The notes beneath the pieces are model-generated. The model saw nothing but the letters and a program-made list of their open reading frames with translations, was not told the origin of the DNA and did no database searches. From Mobula hypostoma (lineage: Eukaryota): a stretch of DNA of 64,000 nt. The stretch lies in assembly GCF_963921235.1 (NCBI RefSeq), contig NC_086097.1, positions 24,182,001 through 24,246,000 of the forward strand, read 5' to 3'. The stretch's first letter is position 1, and each line of letters begins with the position of its first letter. A program made the translations under genes and the position numbers. This document shows positions 12,546 to 26,460 of this stretch, piece after piece.

Positions 12546-13529
12546 ACCCTAATGGTGCATTACACATGATCCTCACCACACCGCAGTGCCAGAAGAAACT
12601 CAGGGAGCTGCATCCACCTGATATTTTGGGCGACATGGTAGCTTATTTGTTAGCATAATGCTTTGCAGAACAAGCTGTAAGGTTGGGGCTCAATTCCGGC
12701 TGCTGTCTGTAAGAAGTTTGTATGGAATGTTTCCTTTTAAATTCCAAAGATGTATGAGGTAGGGTGATCGCGGGCATGTTATGTTGTCAAGAGAAGCATG
12801 GCGACACATGTGGACGGTCTCCGTCGCACCCTCGGAGTGTATTGGTCATAGACACAACGAACACATTTCATTGTAGATTTCCATGCTTCAATGTACATGA
12901 GACAAATAAAACTAATCTTTATCTTGTTTTTAATCTGATAAACTTCACAAACCTGGCGGCCTTCAGAGATTGCTCTCCACTTATGTCTCTTACAGGATGG
13001 GATACAGACTGTGACTCAACTTACAACAGACCCCAATTTCTATGCAAAATGGTGTCAAAGCAAGTTATAGCCTTTGTGTGTAAGACATGAAACAAATGTA
13101 AGTCCCAGTATTATCAAGGGTTGGGAGAGCAGATAGGGGCTGATTGCCTGAGTAAGGCAGAACCAGTGTGCTTAATGGTCATAAAATATAAATTGTGGCA
13201 GTTAATGAAATCAGTTTCAGCAAAACAACTCCCTGTAAGCAAGTCATTAGTTCTGAATCTAGGTTATATTTCTAAGTGAGACATATGGGATTGAAATTAT
13301 TCCACGATAGACATTTAGCACTGGGGTTAACATGTTTCCATCACTTCCTGCTGGTTTTATTTCAAAACAGCAGCAAACCTACTGTAGGAGAAACGGGTTA
13401 ATGACTTCTTAAATCAATAAACACGAGCCTTTGGTGCAACAGTGTTTGACACATAGCTACAAATGTTGCCGAGGGAAGATTGTAATAAAATCACGTTGTC
13501 TTCTCAGATAGTTCAAAGGATTTTCATTT

Positions 13530-13998
13530 CTAAGGAGTGCTGCCACAAGAAAGCAGTGTCCATCGTGAAGGACCCCCACCACACAGACCATGCTCTCTTC
13601 TCGTTACTACCACTAGGAGGGGGTGCAGGAGCCTTAAGACCCACACCACCAGGTTCAGGAACAGTTATTACCCTTCAACCATCGGGTTCCTGAACCAGCT
13701 GCGCTTAGCTCAACGCTGAACTGATACCATAATCAACGCACTCACTTTCTAGGACCCTGCAACTCATGTTCTCAGTATTCTTCATTTGTTTATTATTATT
13801 ATTTGTTTTTTAATTGCATTTATGCAGTTCGTCTTCTTTTTGCACATCGGTTGTCTGTCTTTGTGTGTACTTTCTCTATGATTCTGTTGAATTCTTTGTT
13901 CCACTGTGAACGCCTGCAAGAAAATGAATCTCAATGTAGTGTATGGTGACATATACATACTTTGATAATAAATTTACTTTGAACTTTTGAACTTTGAA
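13530..13998 (+). mobile_element. Rex1/L2-type LINE 3' end
   Basis: KDPHHTDHALFSLLP; RSLKTHTTRFRNSYYPSTI; tail ataaatttact(ttgaac)n. Confidence 0.8.
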
Positions 13999-14012
13999 CT
14001 CAGTTGTAAATG

Positions 14013-15851
14013 CAGTGAATCCCAGTTAATTGGAACACATCTGGGCCAGTACATTTTGACCCAATTAAACAGCTGGCCCAGTTAGTGGAAGATTCATGGA
14101 AATTGTTAAAAAGGTATAAAGAAGATGAACTACTGTTTAACTCAGTAATAAATTATGTATTTAAATGAAACATAGAACAAATTAGAACACTACCAATACC
14201 ACCACAGTAATATAAAACTGTGTATTAGTTCCTAGTTTTTATAGGCAGAGAAATACATCCAGTGTATGCTGCCGCATTTTGTTTTGGATTTACTGTAGGT
14301 TAACAAAGGGATGGATGGGGTCTCCAGGGAGTGATAGCACTTCTGGTGAAAGGGCTTGTCATGTCTAATCTGGGACAGCTCACTCACCTTTGGTCCCCAA
14401 TGGGCTATCAGCTCTCACCTCTCCAAGCATCTGTTTGCATGTGGCTGGACCCTGGTTCACCGCTTCGAAGGACGGGCTAAACCAGGTGAAGGCAGTTGGC
14501 AGGCCACATAACCCAGTGAGGTAGGGATCTGCCTGTCCTCACATGTGAAGTCAGCTCTGGCGGACTGAGCGGATGAGATCTACATTGCGGTCCAACCGCC
14601 AGGAAGGAAGTCCTGCAATGTTACGTGGAGAGTAAAAGGCCTGATGAGGCACAGAAATCATGGTCATCCACTGTAATCAAGTACAAGAATGGTTCCAGAA
14701 GTTCCAGGAATGAAACTGTTACCGTATGAGGAACGTCTGGCAGCTCTTGGGCTGTATTCCCTGGAGTTCAGGAAGATGAGGGGAGATCTTATAGAAACAT
14801 TCCAAATGTTAAAAGGCCTGAACAGATTATATATGGCGAAGTTTCCCATGGCAGGGGAGTCTTGGACAAGAGGGCATGACTCCAGGATTGAAGGACGTCC
14901 ATTTAGAACAGAGATGCAGAGAAATGACTTTGGTCAGAGGGTGGTAAATCTGTGGAATTTGTTGCCAGGAGTGGCTGTGGAAGCCAAGTCATTGGATGCA
15001 TTTAAGGCAGAGATAGATAGGTTCTTGTTTAGCCAGGGCATCAAAGGGTATGGGGTGAAGGCAGGGGAGTGGGGGTGACTGGAAAAATTGGATCAGCCCA
15101 TGATTGAATGGTAGAGCAGACTCAATGGGCCGAATGGCCTACTTCTGCTCCTATATCTTATGGTCTTAAGATCCCAGTTGTGATGACTACTCATATCATT
15201 GGACTCAGACTTCCAAGGTCGGGGAGAATGGATCTATCACTTAAAAAACTTTCCTACACAAGTTTCCTGTCATTGTCAATTGTGATGGACAATCAGCAAA
15301 TGAACAAAATCAGTGCAGACACCTGGTGTAGATAATGGACTGCCTTCATACAATGGCTTTGATGATTGCATCCACCATATCTTCAATGTCATTGTAACAT
15401 TCAAGATGATTGTCGATAATTTCAAATTCCTCACAGTTCCTAACTTGATGAAATAGTGAAATCATTTTATTTTCACTTCCAGCCGTTTTTGACATCTCCA
15501 AACTTCGATGCTTGAAACCGCAGCCAGCAAAACAGTTCTGAATTGTGTTAATGCTTATTTCTCGCCAACTATCAGTGACAAAAGTCGCTGCTCTTTGAAC
15601 ACAAACACTGACAACTGACACTAAAAAGAGTTTGATCTGAGCACAGCGTAATTTCTAATGGCCACATAAGTGACACAACTGAAACTAGTTAAAACTGTTT
15701 GCCAAATTTTCTCTCCCAATTAAGTGGCACAGCACCCAAATGAACAAAGGGAATTCCAACTATTTTCACAATTAGTTTTTGTTCCTTTAGAGTTCTCCCA
15801 AATAAGCGGCTGGTCTGTTTAACCGATGGCCCAATTACCCAGAATCTACTG
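14013..15851 (-). mobile_element. pogo/Tigger-like transposon remnant hosting nested insertions
   Basis: TIRs cagtgaatcccagttaattgg / cccaattacccagaatctactg+TA; ORF 15346-15621 DSWREISINTIQNCFAGCGF resembles the end of the pogo DDE_1 domain. Confidence 0.8.
14686..15167 (+). mobile_element. Young CR1 3' fragment nested in the Tigger element
   Basis: YEERLAALGLYSLEFRKMRGDLIETFQMLKG..WNLLP; close to the 3' part of 44615-45921. Confidence 0.92.
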
Positions 15852-17525
15852 TATTATGATATTCTAAATCCATTGCAGTCTGTAGCTCGTGTGGTTCATA
15901 ATTGGACTGGGTTGATCCACCTCAACCATCAGCCACCCGAGTTACACATTTTCCAAGTTATTTCCAACATTGTAGTCTTTTGTTTTAATTCAGTAGCCAG
16001 GATTTAAACTTTGATATTTTCAGTTTTGATAGCACTTAGATTTCTTTAAGCAAGTGTAATTGTTGAGAAATAATCCTGGTGAAGGTGTTGTGATTGAATG
16101 GGTACCATATGCAAAAGTAAACTTTCTGAATCAATTTACATTTTCTACCTTAAATTCCAGCATAATTTATACTTTATTATTCTCCTTGTTTCATAGTACT
16201 GTATAGTAAATGTATCGGCTATGTCTCAAAGATAAATTTTTAAAACTCCGTTCACAATCCTTTAACAACATCTGAGAGGTGTGGATACGGCTTTGAAGCT
16301 CATGGGAACAAGCCTCCCCTTCATCGACTCTGTCCATATTTACCAAGTTCATCAAAACATAGTCCTCCAATTTCCTCCCACTTTCCAAAACTGTACAGGC
16401 CAGGGTTAGGAAGTTATTGTCATGCCATGCTGGCACCAGAGACATGGAGACACTTGCGGGCTGCCCACCAGGTACATCTTGGACCGTGTTGGTCATTGAC
16501 ACAAGTGACGCATTTCACTCTATGTTTCATTGTTTCGATGTGCACGTGACAAATAAAGCTAACCTGTCTCTCTCTTTGTCGGAACCACTGCCTCTCAGTT
16601 TCAGTTGTCTGAGTTCAATCCTGGTCTCTGGTAGTGTCTGTCATAGTCCTAGACAGCATAGAAACAGTCCCTTCAGCCAAACTCATCCACGGCAGCCAAG
16701 TTGCCAAGCTGCCAAGCTGTGCTGTTGTGTCATTTGCTTTCATTTGGCTAACTTCCTTAGAAGACTTTCCTATTCAGCTACCTGTCACAAGGTCTTATAA
16801 TTGTTGCAGTTCTAAGGAGACACAAGAGACAGCAGACTGGAATCTGGAGCTAAAAACAATCTGCTGGAAGAAATCCATGGGTTGAGCAGTATCTGTGGAG
16901 AAGGAATAGATGACACTTCAAGTGAAAACCCTTGCACTAGAACTGTGATCAATAATTATTTGGAGTTTCTGTCATTTCCCCTTGGCTGTATAGTGTTGCC
17001 CTGAATAGTCTGGCTTCCCACCATATCTCAAAGATGTGTGAGTTGGTAGGTTAATAGGGGTACTATTAACAATGTGTGGAATCGGGTGGTAGTTGATGGG
17101 GATGTGGGGAGAGTAAAATGGGATTAGAATAGGACTAGTTTAAAAGGTTACCTGATGGTAGGTGTGAATTGGTAGGCTGATGGGCCTAACCACTTTCTGG
17201 AAACAATGAAGAACTTTTGATGTGAAGTTCCTACAATCTTTATTTCTCCAGTCACCTTAAAGTGTGAACTTGCTCCAAACTTCACTGTCCTCGATTGCCG
17301 TAGAACTATAGGAAAGTATAGGGGGAATGTCAGAGGTGGGTTTTTGACACACAGAGTGGTGGGTGCATGGAATGTGCTGCCAGGGTTGGTGGTAGAGGCC
17401 GATACATTAGGGGTACGTGGATGATAGAAAAGCAGAGGGCTATGTAGGAAGGAAGAGTTAGATTGATCTTAGATTAGGTTAAATATCGATACACCATCAT
17501 GGGCTGAGGGACCTATACTATTCCA

Positions 17526-18065
17526 CAATCAGTGACCATTTTATTAAGTATATTCTGTATCTAATAAAGAGGCCACTGAGTGTTTGTTCGTGTTCTTCTG
17601 CTGCTGTAGCCCATCCACTTCAAGATTCAACTTTCTGTGCATTCACAGATGCTCTTCTGCACTCCACTGTTGTAATGTGTGGTTATCTGAGTTACTGTTG
17701 CTCTCCTGTCAGCTTGAACCAGTCTGGCCATTCTCCTCTGATGTCTCTCATTAACAAGGCATTTTCACCCACAAAACTGCTGCTCACTGGATAATTTTAG
17801 ATTCTCACACCATTCTCTGTAAACCCTAGAGGCTGTTGTGTGTGAAAATCCCAGGAGATCATCAGTTTCTGAGATACTCAAACCACCCCATCTGACACCA
17901 TACCACTGTCAATGTCACTTAGATCACATTTCTTCCCCTTTATGTTTAGTCTGAACCTCTTGACCATGTCTGCGTGCTTTTATGTATTGAGGTGACACCA
18001 CATGATTGGCTGATTAGATATTTGCTTTAACGAGCAGGTGTACCTAATAAAGTGGCCACTGAATG
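17526..18065 (-). mobile_element. Tc1-like non-autonomous element (same family as 5809)
   Basis: Reverse-complement match to 5809-6366; TIR cctaataaagtggccactgaatg+TA. Confidence 0.85.
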
Positions 18066-18914
18066 TATGTTCTAAATTCTAACCAGGGTGCAAGTTACGG
18101 GTACTGGTTTTGGTTATTCAGCTGTGAAGCTGGAAGTGGGTCTTCCGTCCCAGGTGGCAAGTGAATGACTAACCGGCACGTCTTTTAATCCATAAGTATC
18201 TTGTAATTGCTAAAGCTGATTTTCAGTCTCATATCTCTTCCACTATCAGAGTCCTAAATATACCAATTGATGGCCTTGTGTTCAATTGCCACAGGATGGA
18301 GGCAAACTATTACCCAGGCTTATGAATACAGATCTTATTAAAAAAATTATTGCTACTAAATACTTAATCATCAGTTACTATAAAAATTCGTTAAACAGAT
18401 CAATTTTATTTTTTAACCTTGGTGTGAAATTAAATAGCAGTTTATCAAAATTGCTTTACTTCTTGCAAGTTCCATTAAAATCCTATTGTGAGAAATTGGA
18501 CATTTAAAAACATTTAGAGGTTTCCATTCAAGAACTCTATTAAATTTTAAAAGATTTCTGAACAGGTTATTTATGGAGAGGGAGAGAGGAGAAACGCTTT
18601 CATTTTTTTGCAACCTAGTTTATATTCATTCAAATGCATAAACCTTTTTTATACACATCAGATATTAGACACCAAAACATTCCCAAGAACCCCTCTCTGG
18701 GCTATGTTCAATCGAAGTACTGTATTTTAATCATTTTGACAGCTCTCATTAGTAGGTCTTCAATAGCAATGTGCATATTGCAAAAGAGCAAAACCCTTTC
18801 ATCATTTTACAGCTGAAATAGTGGCAGGAGATATCAAATGCACATTCACCAACATGCTATATGCAGGAGAGGCCAGGCACAGAAACATGTTGGTTCATTT
18901 ACAATATGTAAGGA

Positions 18915-19460
18915 CCATAAGACATAGACCATAATATTTAGGAGCAAAATTTGACCATTTGGCCCATTGAGTCTGCTCCACCATTCCATCACAGCTGATT
19001 TATTACACTCTCAACCCTATTCTCATGTCTTCTCCCCGTAACCTTTGACACCCTTATTAAGCAAGAACCTATCCACCTCCACTTTAAATATACTCAATGT
19101 CTTGGCCTTCACAGCCATCTACATCAATGAATTCCACAGATTCATCACCTCCTGGCTAAAGAAATTCCTCCTCATCTCCGTTCTAAATGGATATCTCTCT
19201 GTCCTGAGGCTGCGCCCTTTGGTTCTCGACCTCTCCACTTTAGAAAATACCTTCTCCATGTCCACTCTATTTAGGCCTTTCAATTTTCCATAGTTTTCAA
19301 TTGGATTCCCCCTTTATTCCGCTAAACGCCAATGAGTACGGACCCAGAGCCATCAAATGCTCCTCATACATTAGTCCTTTCATTCCTGGAAACATTCATG
19401 TGAACCTCCTTTGAATCCTCTGCCATGTCAGCATATCCTTTCTTAGATAAAGGGCCAAAA
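18915..19460 (-). mobile_element. CR1 3' fragment
   Basis: (accataag)n tail; gaattccacagattcatcacctcctggctaaagaaattcc. Confidence 0.85.
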
Positions 19461-20590
19461 TCAGCTCACCATACACCGAGAGTAAAACAAAAAGTCAAAG
19501 ATGACTTTCTTTTAATGTAGGACACTCCCTATTGGCAGGATCTATGATAGATCTGCTCAAACTTCGGCAGAAGAGGTTGTCATTGAACTTTTGTAGTACT
19601 ATTCAGGTAAAGAAATGTCATGCAGTGTGATTGAGTGATTGTGCAATGGATGGGTTGTAATCTGGGCAGGTATGTGGAAAGGAAATGTTTGAGGGATGTG
19701 TATGGGCCAATTGCAGGAGAATGGATTGGCATGCTGAGGAACTTCAGTTGGCATAGACAAGTTGGGCTAAAGGGCCTGTTTCTGTGCTGTTTAACTTTGT
19801 GACTCCACTGTGCAGGGATAGGATTAGTTTGAGTTCAATTTTTCTCCATGCTTTCTGTTTTGTACTCTGCCTGATTTATGTCCTGTCCCATTTAAATTGA
19901 ACCACAGCCACCTGTAACCCAAGTGCTCTCTGCCTTGCCTACTTTTTATTTGTTTTATGCTTAGGGCAAAATAACTACCCATCTTCCCAGTATAATTGAA
20001 CAAATAAACATGACCTGTTTTTATCCATTTCCACTGAATATGTATGCAGTCTCACATGAAGGTCTTGGCCCAAAACATCAACTCTCTATTCCTTTCCATA
20101 AATGCTGCCTGACCTCTTGAGTTCCTCCACGCATCTTGTGTGTGTTACTCATACTAGCTTGTCTTCATCTCTGTCAATGCGCATTGTGCATGAGAAGAAT
20201 TTCGTCAGGCTCTTACCTAAGGCTTTAGTTATGGGGAGAGATTGAGTAGGCTTCCCTGGTGTGACAGAAATATATACATTTATAAAAGGTATGGATAGGG
20301 TAGATACTTAATATCTTTATTCCCATCCATAAGGAGCACTCCTGCACATATCTACAACGAGACTGCCAGAAGAAAGTAACATCCATTATCTCTTCTCACT
20401 GCTGCCATCAGGCAGGAGGTACAATAGCCTTAGGTCCCACACCACCAGGTTCAGGAATAGTTATTACCCTACAACCATCAGGCTCCTGAACCAGCAAGCA
20501 TAACTTCATTCACCTCGCTTCCGAACTTATTCCACAACCTACGGATTCTCTTTCAAGGACTCTACAACTCATGTTCTCAGTATGTATGTA

Positions 20591-21121
20591 CAGTACTGTG
20601 AAAATGTATTAGCGACATATATATAACCAGGAAGCCTAAGACTTTTGCACAGTACCGTAATAATTTTAGGTATTGCAGACCGCAAAAAAAAACCCACGAC
20701 ATATATGAATGATGAGAAACCTGATTCTGATATGGGTCTCCATTGTGGACTGAGTGTGGGAAAGGGGTAGGGAGAGGGGAATAATAGTTAGCAAAAGGGG
20801 AAGGGAGAGGGGAGGGAGTGGAAAATACCAGAGAGACATTCTGTAATGGTCAATAAACTAAATAATTGGAATCAATTGAGCTGGCCTGGTATCTCAGGAT
20901 TGGGTGTGTCTGCACTCCAACCACGCCCGTCCCTGGCACGCCTTCTCTGCCACCTGCCCCACACCCCTCCTGTGGTGCTCCACCCTCGCCATTCCCAACA
21001 TTCTTTGCTCTGGCCAGATTTACAAACTCACTCTCCGCTCCACGTTAATAAATACAGTACTGTGCAAAATTCTCAGGCACCCTAGCTATATATATGTGCC
21101 CAAGGTTATTGCACAGTACTG
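20591..21121. mobile_element. TA-flanked composite with two Tc1-type hairpin MITE ends, inserted in a Rex/L2 tail (20360-21335)
   Basis: cagtactgtg..gcacagtaccg at 20591-20657 and cagtactgtgcaaaa..gcacagtactg at 21055-21121. Confidence 0.7.
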
Positions 21122-23379
21122 TATGAATGTATTTATTTATAGATTATTTGGTTTTGTTGTATTTGTAGCTTGTCTTCTTTTACACATTGGTTGTCTGTTT
21201 TTGTGTGTAGTTTTTCATTGATCCTGTTGAACTTCCTTGTTCTACTGTGAATTCATGCAAGAAAATTAATCTCAGGGTAGTATATGGTGACATATACGTA
21301 CTTTGATAATAAATTTATTTGAACTTTTGAACTTTGATAGTAAGGTTCTCAAAAACTGGAGGGAACTGGAAATGGAATTGGAATTGATTTTTTTATTGTC
21401 ACATCCACCGAGGTGCAGTGGAAAACTTGTCTTACACACTGTTGTTTATTGCACGCTGATCAATTCATTGCACAAGGCATTGAGGTAGTACAAAGTAAAA
21501 CGATAACAGAGAGCAAAATATAGTGCCAGAGCAACAGAGAACGTGCAGTGCAGGTAGACAATAAGATGAAAGAACATAGCTTTATGACTTGAAGTAGGAG
21601 GTTCAAAGGGGATTTGAGAGGAAATTTTCTACACAGAGAGTTGTAGTTACTTGGAACTCGCTACCCGAGGAGCTGGTCAAGCTAGATACAATCTCTACAT
21701 TTAGGAACCATTTAGACAGACAGTGTGACATGATGACATAGTGGTTAGTTTAATGCTATTAAAGTGCCAACAACCCAGGTTCAATCTGCTGCTGTCCAAA
21801 GGAGCTTGTACGTTCTCTCAGTGACTGCGTGGGTTTCCTGTGGATGCTCTGGTTTCCTCCCACATTCCAAAGAGGTACAGGTTAGTAAGTTATTTGGACT
21901 CAGGGCTATAAATAGGTGCCGGGGGCCTGCTGAGCCAGAAGGACCTGTTACCATGCTGTATCTCCAATTTTCTTTTTAATTCAAAATTTTAAAAGGATAG
22001 AAGGATGCAGATATATTGTGGGCAGATGGAATTCATGATAATGATAAAAATGTCAGCATGGGACAAGTTGGACTGAAATTTGATGACCTACCCAAACAAA
22101 TAATAGAAATTGCTGCAAACACTCAGCCAGCCAGCCAGCATCTGTGGAGAGAGAAACAGAGCTAAGGTTTTAGGTCAGAGACTCATTAAGTCTTTCAACC
22201 AATTTATGATTTTTATTTACTGGATTTTCAAAGGTTGCAATTGTTTGATTATCATTCGAGATCCACCTATATTCACTCCAATTGGCACTGGTATCTGTAG
22301 CGTCACTTGCGGGTTGTCTCCAGCCCAGCCAGTTAGGTTGTGTTGGTTGGTAATGCAAATGACACATTTCACTGTATGTTTCCATGTACATGTGATAGCT
22401 AAATCTGAATCTTGAATCTTTGGACTTGATCTGAGCTGCAGTTTGCCAGATTCAAAGCTGAAAGTTCCAAGTACATTTATTATCAAAGTGTGTATATATT
22501 ATACAGCCTTGAGATTCACCTCCTTACTGGCAGCCACAAAACAAGAAACCCCAAAGAATCCTTTAAATAAACTGGACCAACACCCAATATGCAGAGAGAA
22601 AAAAAAAACAAATTGTGTAAACAATAAAAGTAAGCAAATAGCATTTCGAATGAAAGTGAGTCTTCAGAGTGGCTGGAGCCTCAGCCTCAGTGCAGCGAAG
22701 AGTAAATGTCATGGAGTAGCGGGCAGAACTGTCCTAACCCTTGCCTGTGGTCCCGATACCTGGCCTTTTCAATCCTTTTGGCCCAGTGTTTAAATCGTCC
22801 CAACATTGGGTTGTTCTTCACTCTAGGATCCGGCCCATGTTGCTTCGATATGCTCGGTGCCCAGACCTCGCCATCACATTCCAGCCCGTGCCCCACCTTT
22901 CCAAACCAGCCTGGTGTTTAGATTGATCAAACCTTGCTCCTGGTTTCCTCCGCTCCAACTTTTCTCCGATTCTCAGGTTCACAGCCTGCCAGCTTTGCCT
23001 TCCACTGGAAGCAGGTAGCTATTAATCAGCACTGCACCCATGTATTTCAAACTGATTCCGCAGAAGCATTCCTGATAGAAACACAAGTCCTGGTGTTGGC
23101 TTGAGCTTTGGAGAATCTGCAAGTCCTTGATTCAACCTCACTGGCTCTGAGAATGAGCTAATAACTTCAAAAGAGCTTCACAGAAATAATTGATTGTTCA
23201 TGCTTTTCAGGTAGTCATTATCCAGTAACTGCCTGATGGTGTGGGCATTGGGTGAGGGAGGATTAACTCTTCTTGTGTTACAGTTTTGGTCAAGAGTTGT
23301 TCATACTACCTGGTTTCCACACTTGGACTGTATGGCAATAAAATGTTAATTACATGGGACTGAGTTTGGGAAATCTCAA

Positions 23380-23740
23380 GCAGGTGTATAAGGTAATAAA
23401 GGTATAGATTGAATGGACAGCCAGAGACTTTTTCCTCGGGTGGAAATCACTAATACAAAGGTGCACAATTTTAAGGCGTTGGGAGAAAATTATAGGAGAG
23501 AAATCAGAGGCAGGGTTTTTACACACAGAGAGTGGTGAGTGTGTGGAATGCGCTTCTAGTGGTGCTGGTAGAGTCAGATACATTAAGGTCATTAAGTTCT
23601 TAGATAGACATATGCATGAAAGAAAAATGGAGGGCTATGTGGGAGGCAAGAGTCAGATTAGCCATGGAGTAGATTCAAAGGTTGGCACAACATAATGGGC
23701 TGAAGGAGCTGTTCTGTGCTATAACGCTCTATGCTGTAGT
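23380..23740 (+). mobile_element. CR1 3' fragment
   Basis: gacagccagagactttttcc...acacagagagtggtgagtgtgtggaatgcgct. Confidence 0.75.
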
Positions 23741-24810
23741 TTTATGTCCTAATAGCAAAAGTGTGCTGCTCAGAATTACTTCCCTTCGAATTATACATCT
23801 GCTAGATAGTCACATAAAATGGAAGCAGGCCCTTCAGCCCCCAGAATCCATGCTGTCCACTCCTCTTAACATTTTATTCCCCTTACATTTGCATGAACTA
23901 CCACTTGGTTTTCCCATGTGTCTATTAAAAAGGGAAATTTACAGTGACCCATTAAGCTAACTATTTACATGTCTTTGGACATAAAATCCACACAAGAAAC
24001 AGATTCAAATGTACTTATCACATGTGCATTGAAGTATACATGTGTCCTTTGTGTTAACAACCAACATGCCCAAGGATGTGCTGAGGGTGGCCCGCAAGTG
24101 TCACAACACATTCAGGCACCAACATAACATGGCCACAATGCAACAACAGCAAAACAATCTCCGTGCCTCTCTCCACTACCACCACCCGCCCAAACACATA
24201 CACCGTACTCCAACACCACCTCCAAAGTCGCCAGTGGATTGGCAGAGTTTCCCAGTCTTGGGGCTGTGGCTAGCAGTGGCCGTCAAGACTAAACCTAGAT
24301 CACTGAAGCTGTGAGGTATCGGATTCTATTCGTTCAGACAGTGTACTGTCCTAATCTGCCTTTAAAAGAGCATCTTGACTATATCATTACACCCTTGAAT
24401 TAACATTGTATCTCCAGTGGCTTTACTTTAAATCTCATGCTGGAGATTTCTGCTTTCTGTTAGCTGCTCTTTACTGGGTTAAAGTAGCTGTCTTATAATA
24501 ACTGCTAACACAAGGCAATATCGAGAACTGTTCCCTCCTGATTCACACATTTCTCACATTATTGCCTGATGCCAGTCATGTTGTGCTGCAGTGACACAGC
24601 CGATATAGCCCTTGTCTTTCAGCGCAAGATTGCAGCTCCCCAGTCAATTGATGCCCTCGACTGCAATTAAATCTTCCCTTCATCGTCTTCAAGCTAGTGT
24701 TTTCTATATGCAGTCATTTGATCTTGTTGGGAGGGGAGAGAGAAGATAGATGGGACACAGCTAATAATTTAATGAAGGAAATAATCTTTGTTGATTGGAC
24801 AAGGCATATA

Positions 24811-25327
24811 CCTTCAGTGGCCACTTTATTAGGTACCTCCATACCTCCTGAGTGTATGTTCGTGGTCTTCGCTGATGTAGCCCATGATGTGATGTGCATT
24901 CAGAGATGCTCTTTTGCATACCACTGGGGTTATTCGAGTTCCTCTTGCCTTCCAGTCAGCTTGAACTAGTCTGACCATTCTCCTCTGACCTCTCTCACCA
25001 ACAAGGTGTTTTTACCCACAGAACTGCTGCTCGCTGGATTTTCTTTTGTCTTTCACACTATTCTCTGCCAACACTAGGAACTGTTGTGTGTGAAAATCCC
25101 AGGAGATCAGCAATTTCTGAGATACTCAAACCTCCCCATCTGGCAACAACAATTATTCCATGATCACATTTCTTCACCATTCTGATGTTTGGTCTGAACA
25201 GCAGCTGAACCTCTTGACCATGTCTGCATACTTCTACGAATTGAATTACTGCCACATGATTGGCTGGTTAGATATTTGAATGTATTTGTAAAAGCAGAAA
25301 TGTATCTAATAAAGTGGCCACTAAGTA
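24811..25327 (-). mobile_element. Tc1-like non-autonomous element
   Basis: TIRs; ORF 25058-25255 GIIVVARWGGLSISEIADLLGFSHTTV is a Tc1 HTH. Confidence 0.85.
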
Positions 25328-26460
25328 TGTACATGAATAGAAGACAATATTGTATGGTAGTAAGTGGAATTTTACTTTTCACTTGGTATTGCCTTTTTGC
25401 TTTACAACACAGAAGTAGTTCATTTTGGTGACTACCAAATGTACCCATTCCCAACTATTTCTTTTTCCCTGTAACCTCTTCCCCACTCTCATTCACCCAC
25501 ACACTAGGGACAATTTACAGTAGGGAGATAATCCTCATTCACTCCAAAGAGAAAAGCCCTAGCTCACTCAAACTTTCCTCATAAGACATGTTCTCTAAAG
25601 CAAGCAGCGTCTCCTCTGCACCCTCTCTAAAACTTCTATATCCTTCCAAAAATGAGGCAAGCTGAGCAGGTTGGGTCTGGCTCTGCTGCAGCTGGCTGAA
25701 AACCAATGATTCTGAATAATAGGGTATCCCTAATGACTTACTGACTAAGTCCAAAGAGAGATGCTGAGCTCCAGCTGCCTGGCATTCCCCACAGAGTGGG
25801 AGCTGGTGCTTTCAGCACTGGCATCTGCTGGTACAAATGTGTTCTTTCCCCACACACTCTCATCCAATGCCAAACAAATTCCACCAGGTATGGCAGGCAG
25901 TCTGACGACCTTCATGCAAGTAATTCTACACTGTATATCACAAAGATGGCAGGCAGGAGACGATGACCACAGAAATCCAGATGGAAAGACTGTTCCAATT
26001 ACTCCCGTAAAAAAAAACCTGGGATAGAAAATGATAATCTCACGTGCTTCACCTTAAAAGTGACCATTGGCTTACAAGCACAAGAGATTCAGCAGGTGCT
26101 GGAAATCTTGAACAACACAGACAGAATGCTGGGGGAACTTAGCAGATCATGCAGCGTCTCTGGAGGGAAATAAAGAGTTAACGTTTTAGGTCAGGATGCT
26201 TCATCAGGATTAGAAAGGAAGGAGGCAAAAGCTAGAATAAGAAGGTGGAGCGAGGGGAAGAAGTACAAGTTGGCAGGTGATAGGAAGGATCCGGTGAGGC
26301 AGGAAGGTATTGACTGCATTGATCAACAGAGAGTCCTTGTGGTTGCAGTTTATATTTCCCTGAAAATAGCAATGGAGAGTGAAAGGGTGGCGAGGAAAGG
26401 AGACGGAAATTGATAATTAGCTGTCACATGTACCAAGATTGAGTGAAAAGTTTTTGTTTG

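Noticed and set aside
14640..14670. ctgatgaggcacagaaatcatggtc as a hammerhead
   Set aside because: No pairable stem II between CUGAUGA and GAAA and no stem I.
25796..25888. AG...GT-bounded open segment as a possible exon
   Set aside because: Weak pyrimidine tract, no recognisable peptide and no partner exons; would need RNA-seq.
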